Below are positions 1 to 8,700 of a DNA stretch of 64,000 bases, piece by piece. The DNA is taken from the NCBI GenBank assembly GCA_964421245.1, contig CAYQVW010000009.1, positions 1,404 to 65,403 of the forward strand. Direction: 5' to 3'. This DNA is from an uncultured bacterium. Lineage in GTDB: Bacteria > Margulisbacteria > WOR-1 > XYC2-FULL-46-14. The notes beneath the pieces are model-generated. The model was not told the DNA's origin. It searched no databases and worked only from the letters and a program-made list of their open reading frames with translations. The position numbers were made by a program, and so were the translations under genes. Positions within the stretch are counted from its first letter, which is position 1; every line of letters starts with the position of its first letter.

Positions 1-930
1 AGAATTCCATCGAAAGAGTCGGTTCATCAATTACTAGAAGCTGCATCGGCTTAGGATTCTCTGACGAACAGAGTGTCTCTCCAATTGTAATATCCGGTAT
101 TCCAGCCACAGAAACGATATCTCCACATTGAGCCTCATCTATTTCAATCTCTTTTAATCCTTCGAAGTTAGAAAGCTTAGTTATTTTAGCAGGTAGAACA
201 GATCCATCTCGTTTTGAAACAACAATTGAGTCCCCCTTTCGAAGGGTTCCAGAAAATACCCGACCGATACCAATTCTTCCAACATAATCATTATAAGCCA
301 GATTGGCCACCTGCATTTGCAAGGTATCACTAGACTTATCTGGATATGGCTTTACACGTTCTAAAATGGTATCAAATAATGGAGACAAATCGGAACTATC
401 ATCTTTCAAATCGTGTTTTGCGATTCCATCTCTTGAAATGGTATAGATAATAGGAAAATCAAGCTGTTCATCATTGGCATCGAGCTTAATAAATAGATCA
501 AAAACCATATCAACAACCTTATCCGCTCTCTGTCCCCTCTTATCTATTTTATTAATTACAACGATCGGTTTAAGTCCTAATTTCAAAGATTTTGATAGAA
601 CAAACTTGGTTTGAGGCATCGGACCTTCTTTGGCATCGACTAAAAGAAGAACACTGTCTACCATTTTAAGTACGCGTTCAACTTCTGATCCAAAGTCAGC
701 GTGACCGGGAGTATCTACAATATTTATTTTGTAGTCTTTGTAATGAATTGAACAATTTTTGGAAAAGATTGTGATTCCACGTTCTTTTTCAAGATCATTT
801 GAATCCATAACTAAATCCTGAAGTTCATCCCTCTCGCTAAAAGCTCCGCCCTGACGGAGAAGATGATCGGTTAAAGTGGTCTTTCCATGATCAACGTGCG
901 CTATTATAGCAATATTAATTATTTTAGGCA
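1..930 (-). CDS. typA: Translational GTPase TypA/BipA, N-terminal part; gene continues beyond window start.
   Basis: Reverse strand from ATG at 928-930 reads MPKIINIAIIAHVDHGKTTLTDHLL, the G1/P-loop signature of TypA/BipA-type translational GTPases. No stop before position 1. Confidence 0.75.
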
Positions 931-1128
931 TTTGTAAAATTGTTTGTATTTTTCTATCTGCTTTTCAGATTTTGACCAGCGTTCCAAGATCGAAAGATCT
1001 ATATCTGTTATTCGAAAAAATCGATACACACGACCCACCGGTTAAAACAGCATCAATATTTTGCTTTTTCAAATACGAACAGACCAGCACAGCTAATTCT
1101 TTCAGAGATATTTTTTTGAAAGATCTTT

Positions 1129-1458
1129 TCACAAAGGCTTTCCGGATCTTCGTGGTCGAAGCCTTTGTGTATAATACTTATCTTTTTCTTGCTTTGGAAC
1201 AAAAACCAAAACCTTTCGAAGCAGATTTTTCAATTCCTTAAGGAAGGGGTATCGCGGATTAAAACTATAGAGCCGGGTCCTCCCCTTAAGGCTGCTGACC
1301 AAAACACCACCATTTTCCATCTTTTTCAACTGGTTCTGTACTGATAAAAGATGGGTATTAAAGGTTGTAGCTATGTCCCTAGCATAGACCTCTTTCTGCA
1401 AAAGAATCGACAGAAGCAATCTCTCTTTGGTTAAATTATCCAATAGTGGTTTTAACAT
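1129..1458 (-). CDS. Small winged-helix transcriptional regulator, ArsR/MarR-like
   Basis: 109 aa. Central helix-turn-helix plus wing (ARDIATTFNTHLLSVQNQLKKMENGGVLVSSLKGRTRLYSFNP) resembles ArsR-family recognition helix and beta-wing. Palindromic operator pair lies immediately upstream. Confidence 0.5.
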   Translation of the reverse strand: MLKPLLDNLTKERLLLSILLQKEVYARDIATTFNTHLLSVQNQLKKMENGGVLVSSLKGRTRLYSFNPRYPFLKELKNLLRKVLVFVPKQEKDKYYTQRLRPRRSGKPL

Positions 1459-1498
1459 CTCATAACCAGTATATCAGCCATCGCCTTCTTTTGTCAAT

Positions 1499-1536
1499 GA
1501 CTAATATTATTAGTCTTATGACTAACATTATTAGTC
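1499..1536. promoter_or_regulatory. Two tandem 17-bp perfect or near-perfect palindromes separated by 4 bp, upstream of the ArsR-like gene; putative operator
   Basis: First palindrome GACTAATATTATTAGTC (1499-1515). Second GACTAACATTATTAGTC (1520-1536) with one mismatch. Centre-to-centre spacing 21 bp. Located 40-80 bp upstream of the regulator start on the minus strand. Confidence 0.5.
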
Positions 1537-1578
1537 CACTTAGCCAACCGCATAATCAACGCAGAGCGTGAGTTTACC

Positions 1579-2436
1579 CTACAGTTCGCTGTTGATACTT
1601 AATCTCTGCGCGCTGATAGAAACACGTGATCGAGTTATTTCATTGTTATAAGGTATTGATTCTTTATAAGCAGTAACCTCTCCAGTATCCAAATTAAGCT
1701 GTATTCCACTCGGCCTGGATTTTTGCTCCCCAATATTTGTTTCATTTATTCTTATTCCATTTTGGGAAAGAACCATCTTTGAAGATTCAAATGTTTCATT
1801 TGAATACCAATCTCCACTTCCACCAATAATATTTGCTACTAATCTATTAGTTGGTATTCCTTTTGTTTTTAGGATCAAGATAACAATATTTAAATCCTTT
1901 GCCTTCCCTTTGTCATCAATATGAGCTAAAGCCCCTATCTTTGTTTTTGGATCATATATGGTTACACCTATGCATGACCATAAACCAGATGTTTGCAAAT
2001 AAGTTGCTTCTACTTTTTTGTATCGGGTAATAATTGCATACCCTTGTGCTACTTCTTTTCCATACAAGGTGTCAAGAGAGTATTTGATTGGATCATTAGT
2101 TAGATGTCCACCCACTATTCTCTTACCCAATTCAGGCGGTTTCTTTGGGTTATCGCAAGAAAGAACAACTATCAGATTCCCTGCTTTATCTCTTTGTTTT
2201 TCTATTTTTGGATAGCAACCCCTAAATCTATATTTCTTTAAAAGTTTTATTAAAGTTGCTCTCTTCAGATTGGCAGAATTTAATAAAGTAAATTTCTTGT
2301 TCCTAAAAACAACTTTTATAGGGTGACTTGAATGTGATTTGTTATACGATTTAACCGCATCAACAATTTTATTGCCTGTTTCTTGACCAGAAGCACCATA
2401 GGATCTTCCTGATTTAACTTCTGGCACATCTACCAT
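1579..2436 (-). CDS. CheD-like deamidase domain (C-terminal ~160 aa) fused to an unknown ~120-aa N-terminal domain
   Basis: C-terminal half matches CheD: GLWSCIGVTIYDPKTKIGALAHI (catalytic Cys and His context as in LGSCVAV..D...G.AH), IIGGSG, and C-terminal G..K.R...I.L...TGEV. No other che genes nearby. Confidence 0.55.
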   Translation of the reverse strand: MVDVPEVKSGRSYGASGQETGNKIVDAVKSYNKSHSSHPIKVVFRNKKFTLLNSANLKRATLIKLLKKYRFRGCYPKIEKQRDKAGNLIVVLSCDNPKKPPELGKRIVGGHLTNDPIKYSLDTLYGKEVAQGYAIITRYKKVEATYLQTSGLWSCIGVTIYDPKTKIGALAHIDDKGKAKDLNIVILILKTKGIPTNRLVANIIGGSGDWYSNETFESSKMVLSQNGIRINETNIGEQKSRPSGIQLNLDTGEVTAYKESIPYNNEITRSRVSISAQRLSINSEL

Positions 2437-2546
2437 GCAATATTCCCTCCTATGTTAGTATCCTTACATATATTATATCGTGAAAAATGAGGAAAAATTT
2501 CACCTTTCTGTGTTATAATAATCCAACTATTTCATAGGAGGTTATC

Positions 2547-3140
2547 ATGAAAAAAATATTATCAGCCTTGTTAGTTATTGTAATGTTTTCACTTGGGAGC
2601 AGCAGTTATGCCGCATCATTTACTCCAACTCTGCGTGGCGGTCTAGGGATGGACATCAACGGAGGACTTGCTTTTGGCCTCAGTGGAAATTACCTTATCA
2701 AAATGGGTCCGGAAACCTCCGAAATTGGACTAAGTTTATATAGTGGAAATTCTAGCAGAAGCACCACCAGCGGAGTTCATACCTATAATTACAAGACCAG
2801 CTTGTACGTTCTGGGCCTGGTAGTAAACCTTCTTCCAAATTACAATGCAACAACCGGCGGAATGTTTGGCGTACTTGGGGTTGGAATGGCCGGGGTTCTG
2901 GTCAACTGGAGCCAGCAAAGCAACACCGATAGCAGCCTTGGAACTCCAGATGGTGCCGGTGGAAGTGAAGAGAAAATTAGTGCAGGAGCCGCAGCCTCAA
3001 TTGTTAACCTTGGAGTTGGCTGGCTTGCCGGCGACCTAGATGTCCGCTTTGAAGTACCGATGCTCTTTATTTTCAACACTGTCGGAGGCGCATCGTCATT
3101 TGTACCAACCTTTACACTTACAGCGGGATATCGACTCTAA
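2547..3140 (+). CDS. Gly/Ser-rich secreted protein of unknown function
   Basis: Signal peptide MKKILSALLVIVMFSLGSSSYAAS. Strong RBS AGGAGG 7 nt upstream of ATG. Upstream -10-like TATAAT. Confidence 0.5.
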   Translation: MKKILSALLVIVMFSLGSSSYAASFTPTLRGGLGMDINGGLAFGLSGNYLIKMGPETSEIGLSLYSGNSSRSTTSGVHTYNYKTSLYVLGLVVNLLPNYNATTGGMFGVLGVGMAGVLVNWSQQSNTDSSLGTPDGAGGSEEKISAGAAASIVNLGVGWLAGDLDVRFEVPMLFIFNTVGGASSFVPTFTLTAGYRL

Positions 3141-3207
3141 TACAGCTGATTTAATTCGGGGGTGATCTCGGAGCAACCGTTGACGCTGTCGGTTATCGAT
3201 TACCCCT

Positions 3208-4239
3208 TTACTCCAGCTCTTCTTCAATCTGCTTTTTAAATTCTTGTTCGCTGGGAAGTATTCCTTTTAATTTCTTAGGCAGTTTATTTGTAAGATGATA
3301 TTGGACTATTCCAACTGGATTTTTAATGCTGCGCAGAGCATATTCAACAACTATTTTATCTTTCTTGGCGCATAAAATTATACCAATTGAGGGATTTTCA
3401 TCCTTTAATCTTGCCTGATCATTTAAAAGATTTAAATAAAAATCCATTTTGCCGGCATACTCAGGCTCAAACTTACCGGTTTTTAATTCAATTGCTACTA
3501 AACATTTTAAATTTCGATTAAAAAACAACAAATCAACATAATATTCATTCTTTCCCAGTGTCAAACAATATTGATTGCCAATAAATGTAAAGCTAACACC
3601 TAATTCTAAAATAAAATGCTTTACTTTCTCTACCAATCTTTTCTCTAATTGGCGCTCCAAAACTGGCTTTGTAATATTTAAAAAATCAAGACTGTAAATA
3701 TCTTTTATTGATTCATCTGCCTGTTCAGCTAAATGTACTGGAAGCACCTGATTAAAATTGTGTTGTTTTGGATCCCTTAGATGTAGTTTGTATGCATTGG
3801 CCTTGATTTGATTTAACAGCACATTTCTGCTCCAGCCAAATTGCACAGAAGATCTTAAATAATATTCCCTTGCTTTTTTATCCTTTATTTTTGAAAAAAT
3901 ATAAATATTGTGCCCCCACGGAATTTCTCCAACAAGCCGTTGGAGTTTTGGATCATCTTTATACTCTAGATAAAACTGACGCATATACCATAAATTTTGA
4001 ACAGAATATCCCTGCTTTGTATCAAATTCTTGCTGCAGATCATACGCCAATTTTCTAACAATACCCTTCCCCCATCCATTTTTCCTCTGCTTCTTCACGA
4101 TCATTTTGCCTATATCCCAATAGAGTCTTATCAATTCCTTATTGACGACCCTTAACGCTTGATACTGTGCCGAACGAATCCTCTGTTTTATCTCACCCAA
4201 CAATTCTTTATATTTATATCCTTGAATTCTTCTTTTCAT
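3208..4239 (-). CDS. YhcG-like PDDEXK nuclease domain protein (DUF1016 family)
   Basis: 343 aa. C-terminal block ELGVSFTFIGNQYCLTLGKNEYYVDLLFFNRNLKCLVAIELKTGKFEPEYAGKMDFYLNLLND matches the conserved DUF1016/YhcG restriction-endonuclease-like core. Confidence 0.7.
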   Translation of the reverse strand: MKRRIQGYKYKELLGEIKQRIRSAQYQALRVVNKELIRLYWDIGKMIVKKQRKNGWGKGIVRKLAYDLQQEFDTKQGYSVQNLWYMRQFYLEYKDDPKLQRLVGEIPWGHNIYIFSKIKDKKAREYYLRSSVQFGWSRNVLLNQIKANAYKLHLRDPKQHNFNQVLPVHLAEQADESIKDIYSLDFLNITKPVLERQLEKRLVEKVKHFILELGVSFTFIGNQYCLTLGKNEYYVDLLFFNRNLKCLVAIELKTGKFEPEYAGKMDFYLNLLNDQARLKDENPSIGIILCAKKDKIVVEYALRSIKNPVGIVQYHLTNKLPKKLKGILPSEQEFKKQIEEELE

Positions 4240-4386
4240 TTGTGTTACCTCCTACAGGGGTACTAGCAATTTTCTCACCTGAAAGTTAAAAACAAAAATT
4301 TACTATAATTACAGCAAAAATTGAACTTTGGCAAAAAGGGGGGTGACGAGAAATTGGACACATTACAATAAGTAAGAAGAGTTGCC

Positions 4387-4785
4387 TTAAGTAAGTAACT
4401 TATCTAATTCAACAGGAATCTCAGGACGGCCTTTTTGGTTGAGGGCGGTTCCAATTACTTTGGCTTTCATTATCAGCTTCTCATCGGGCAAACGATAGAT
4501 ATCTTGATAAAAAGCAAATTTTAAACGGGACTCTCTTTTAAAGTTTAGTGCAACAATAAATTTGTCCCCACTTTTAAGGGGAAATTTATAGTCTAATTCT
4601 GCCCTAACAACAACCAGATTAATTCCTTTTTTAGTGTATTCGGCAAAATCGAGGCCGACACTTTTTAAATATTCATGGCGGGTATGTTCCAGATAGTTTT
4701 GATAAACAGCATTGTTTACAATGCCCTGCAGATCGCATTCATAGTCACGAACGGAGAGTCCTAATTTATATTTATAGTCTTGCAT
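4387..4785 (-). CDS. Acyl-CoA thioesterase, hotdog fold (YbgC/4HBT-like)
   Basis: 132 aa. N-terminal YKYKLGLSVRDYECDLQGIVNNAVYQNYLEHTRHEYL is typical of YbgC-family thioesterases. Confidence 0.6.
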   Translation of the reverse strand: MQDYKYKLGLSVRDYECDLQGIVNNAVYQNYLEHTRHEYLKSVGLDFAEYTKKGINLVVVRAELDYKFPLKSGDKFIVALNFKRESRLKFAFYQDIYRLPDEKLIMKAKVIGTALNQKGRPEIPVELDKLLT

Positions 4786-4787
4786 GG

Positions 4788-5735
4788 CTAATTATAGCAA
4801 ATCTTCTGCAATTCTTTTATCAAATTATTCCAATAACGAGATGTGCCGGCATGAGGAAAGTGGGTTGTAAAATCAGGATCCCTGCTCTGAATTGCCAACC
4901 ATGAAACGTAATGAATAATTCTCATCCCACGCAAAAGAGGAACCAGCTCTAATGATTGACGATCAAACTTTCTGAAAACCTCATAGCCTTTTAAAAACCA
5001 TTCGAGTTTATTCTCACAATTTTCTGGCGTATCGGGAAGCAAAAGCCATAGATCCTGAACGGCAGGACCATAAGCAATATCATCAAAATCAACTATAAAT
5101 ATCCCCTCGTTTGGACGATGAATCAGATTTCCCTTATGACAATCGCCATGGAGGAGAATGAATTCTTGAGATTCAAACATTGGCTCAGCTTTCTTTAGAA
5201 AAAGTTCGGCTGTTTTTTTAAATGATTGTTCAAACTGTTGATTCAGGTAGTCAGTCTTATACAAGACTTCAAGATGGTGCTTCGTTGCAATAGAGGGTTT
5301 CCATATTATTCGTTTCCCCTCTTTATGATTCTGTCCAACTAGATGAATTCTTGCAATTAGACGTCCGATCTCTTCCCATCCTTCTTTATTAAACTCATCC
5401 ATTGCTCTTCCCCCCTTTTTAGGAAATAGAGAATAGGAAATAGGACCCAGCTCGAACAATGTTTGATTCTTAATCTTTAATGGAGGGATTACGGGAATTT
5501 CTTGTTCTGCTAGCTCAAAGAGAAAGTTGTGCTCTTCCAGTATTTGTTCGATGGTCCAGCGGCCGGGACGATAAAATTTTACTATAACTCTCTCTCTTGA
5601 ATCATGTTTTTCCAGCTCATAAACACGATTGACATAACTATTTCGTTTTAAAAGAAGATTACTCATCTTCTCACCGAGAGTCTTCTCAACTGTATTTAAG
5701 ATATTATCGTGATTTAGTTGTTGCCAAATATTCAT
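4788..5735 (-). CDS. Ser/Thr protein kinase of the RdoA/SrkA (YihE) family, APH-like fold
   Basis: HGDCHKGNLIHRP...FIVDFDDIAYGPAVQDLWLLL corresponds to the HGDLHxGN catalytic loop and DFDD metal-binding motif of YihE/SrkA kinases. Confidence 0.65.
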   Translation of the reverse strand: MNIWQQLNHDNILNTVEKTLGEKMSNLLLKRNSYVNRVYELEKHDSRERVIVKFYRPGRWTIEQILEEHNFLFELAEQEIPVIPPLKIKNQTLFELGPISYSLFPKKGGRAMDEFNKEGWEEIGRLIARIHLVGQNHKEGKRIIWKPSIATKHHLEVLYKTDYLNQQFEQSFKKTAELFLKKAEPMFESQEFILLHGDCHKGNLIHRPNEGIFIVDFDDIAYGPAVQDLWLLLPDTPENCENKLEWFLKGYEVFRKFDRQSLELVPLLRGMRIIHYVSWLAIQSRDPDFTTHFPHAGTSRYWNNLIKELQKICYN

Positions 5736-5773
5736 GCTTCTATTTCATTACATTATATAGTAGAATACCCGGA

Positions 5774-8700
5774 ATGGAAAAGAATATTAAATTCTTACTA
5801 ACCAGGTCGGCTTTCTTACTATTTATACTATTATTTCTTTTATTCACAAGTACTTATGCATACGCTGCCACAATTACAGTTACAGACAATGGGAACAGCG
5901 GAGCAGGAACATTACGCCAGGCTTTCTCTGACGCCAACGATGGAGATACCATTGACTTCAATCTCGCTGCCGGTACCGAAATAATTACTGTAGAAAGCCA
6001 AATTTCCACCTTCAATAAATCACTAACAATAGACGGTGATAATACAGCTGGCAGCGGAACAAATGTTACTGTCAAAGTTACTCTCGAAGGAGTCTGTACT
6101 TATCGAACATTTAGTCTTGATGCCAGATCTAATTATGACTTTGTTCTACAAAATATGACTATCCAGGGAGGAAATCTCTCTGCCTCGTATGGCGAGGGTG
6201 GCGCAATTTATTTTCGTGACGATAGTACTGGATCCCTCACCCTAACAAACTGCACTATCACAGATTCAAAAGCCTGGGAAGGTGGAGCACTTTATGTGGA
6301 TGTATCTGATGATGTGACTATCACAAATTGTACCTTTCAAGATAACGCGGCTGTTTCGAGCGGGAGTAGTGGCGGAGCGATGTATTTTAACACAGGAACC
6401 GGGTCAACAATAACAGGTACAGTTATTGATAATTGTACAGCTGAAAGCAGTGGTGGCGGAATTTTTCTTAGTAGCTATGACGGCATTACCATTGATAAGT
6501 GTACCTTTTCAAACAATTCGTCAAGTGTTGGTGATGGTGGAGGGATGGCTACTAGTAACAACGGAGATCTAGTTGCCGTAACCATTACTAATTCTACCTT
6601 TAATGGCAATACAGCTCCCGATACGGGTGAAGACGGTGGAGCAATCTATTTCTATTACGGTGTATATGTGGTAACTAATTGTACTTTTTTTGATAACTCG
6701 TGCGCCCGATTGGGTGGTGCTATTTTCTTTCCTTATTCAACACTAACAATAACAAACACAACAATTGCCAATAACGCTTCCACAGGAGGTACTGGGGACG
6801 GATTATATCATGGATCCGATAGTACTTTACGTATTAAGAATTGTCTCTTGGCCAATCAGGATGACAATGATTATGAATATTTTAGTGGCACTCTTACTAA
6901 TAATGGATACAATATAGTGGAAAACGATTCTGGTTGGAGTGCTGCTGGTACTGATATAACCGGTGATCAGGCAAACCTTCATCTTGATACTGCACTTGCA
7001 GATAACGGCACTGTTAATAGTACCCAAACATTAGCTTTGACAGACGAGGCAAGTGTTGCAAGAAATGCTGGTGATACAACCGCGAACAGCGGTGTTGCAA
7101 TTCCAACCACGGATCAACGTGGATTTTTCCGTTTAGGAGCTACAGATATAGGAGCCTATGAATATAGCGGTACCACCGAAGCAACACCATCTACTACAGC
7201 TCCAGCATCAATTTCTCAAGCCACTGACGGAACAGGATACGTTACCTTCCAAACAACTGTTACCGATTTAAATGATGACACCTGCAGTTTAGAGGTAGAA
7301 TATTCTGATGATGGAGGATCAAACTGGTATGATCCAGACCTGGTAAGTGTTTCTGGCGATGGGACGCCTACCGTTGATGATGCAAAAACCTTTCAGATAG
7401 AAAGTATAACCTCGACCGAAGATGATAATGCTTTAACTATTGTTTGGGACACGCTATCTGCCAGCAATGGTAACGGATCTTTGGATGCGGCTGACCAAGC
7501 AGATATTCAAGTAAGAGTTACCCCCAGCGATGGTACAGCCGAGGGTACGGTTCAAACTTCAGAGAGTTTTTCTGTAGATAATCTTGATCCAACACTTGAT
7601 TCAATTGCCTGGACAGATTCCGATTCATCAACCGATATTTCAGCAACAGATATATTGACATTTACATTTTCTGAAACAATGGAAAGTGGTTCAGTTGACA
7701 ATGCTTCTGGCGCAAATGATGTTGATACGGTTTTGGCGCCGTCAGCAGGAGACTATGGATCATCTGGAGCAGATGATTTGAGCTGGACAGGAGATACAAC
7801 TTTGGTCGTAACATTAGGGGCAGGAGCAGATCTGTCAAGTGGAGCAACCGTTAATCCGACAAATGCAGTATCGGATGAATCTGGCAACATAGATAATACA
7901 ACCTCTCCTCCGGCCATTACTGATAACGTCGGTTCAACTCTAGAATCAATTTCCTGGACAGACGTAGACTCTTCAACTGATTTTTCAGCAACGGATACAT
8001 TAACATTTACCTTTTCAGAAAATATGAGCACCGAAACAATTGATAATTCCGGTGGAGCAAATGATATTGATACGGTATTAGCTCCTTCTGCAGGGGATTA
8101 TGGTTCTTCGGGTGCTTCTCAAGTTAGCTGGAGTGACAGTTCAACTTTGGTTGTAACCTTGGGAACAGGGATAAATCTATTAAGCGGAGCAACAGTTAAT
8201 CCAACCGCTGTAGCATCAGATGAAGCAGGTAATGCAGATGATACAACGGCACCTGGTCCTCCGATAATAGATAATGTCGGACCAACCCTCGAATCAATTG
8301 CCTGGACAGATTCCGATTCGTCAACCGATATTTCAGCAACAGATATATTGACATTTACATTTTCGAAAAACATGAGCGCCGAAACAATTGATAATTCCGG
8401 TGGAGCAAATGATATTGATACGGTTCTTGCTCCATCTGTCGGCAATTACGGAGCATCCGGAACAGCGAATATTGCGTGGACAAGTGACACAACCTTAGTT
8501 ATAACATTAGGAGCAACTGCAACTGTGACAAGTGGAGCAACAGTTAATCCAACTAGTGCTGTCTCTGACGAAGTGGGAAACGCCGACAATACTGATGCCC
8601 CTGGACCATCAATCCTGGATAACATCTCCCCCACCCTTGAGTCAATTGCCTGGACTGATGATGATTCTTCAGGGTCAATCAACGTTGGTGATACCCTTTT

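Noticed and set aside
972-1241. 89-aa plus-strand ORF between typA and the ArsR-like gene
   Set aside because: Overlaps the 3' end of the better-supported minus-strand regulator gene and has no RBS or motif. Likely spurious.
1579-2436. Chemotaxis operon
   Set aside because: Only a CheD-like domain is present. No MCP or cheA/W/Y/R/B within 64 kb, so the gene is treated as a stand-alone deamidase.
3141-3207. Bidirectional rho-independent terminator between the convergent secreted-protein and YhcG-like genes
   Set aside because: Only a weak, imperfect inverted repeat (ggggtgatc / gattacccc) without a clear T-tract. Not convincing enough to list as a feature.
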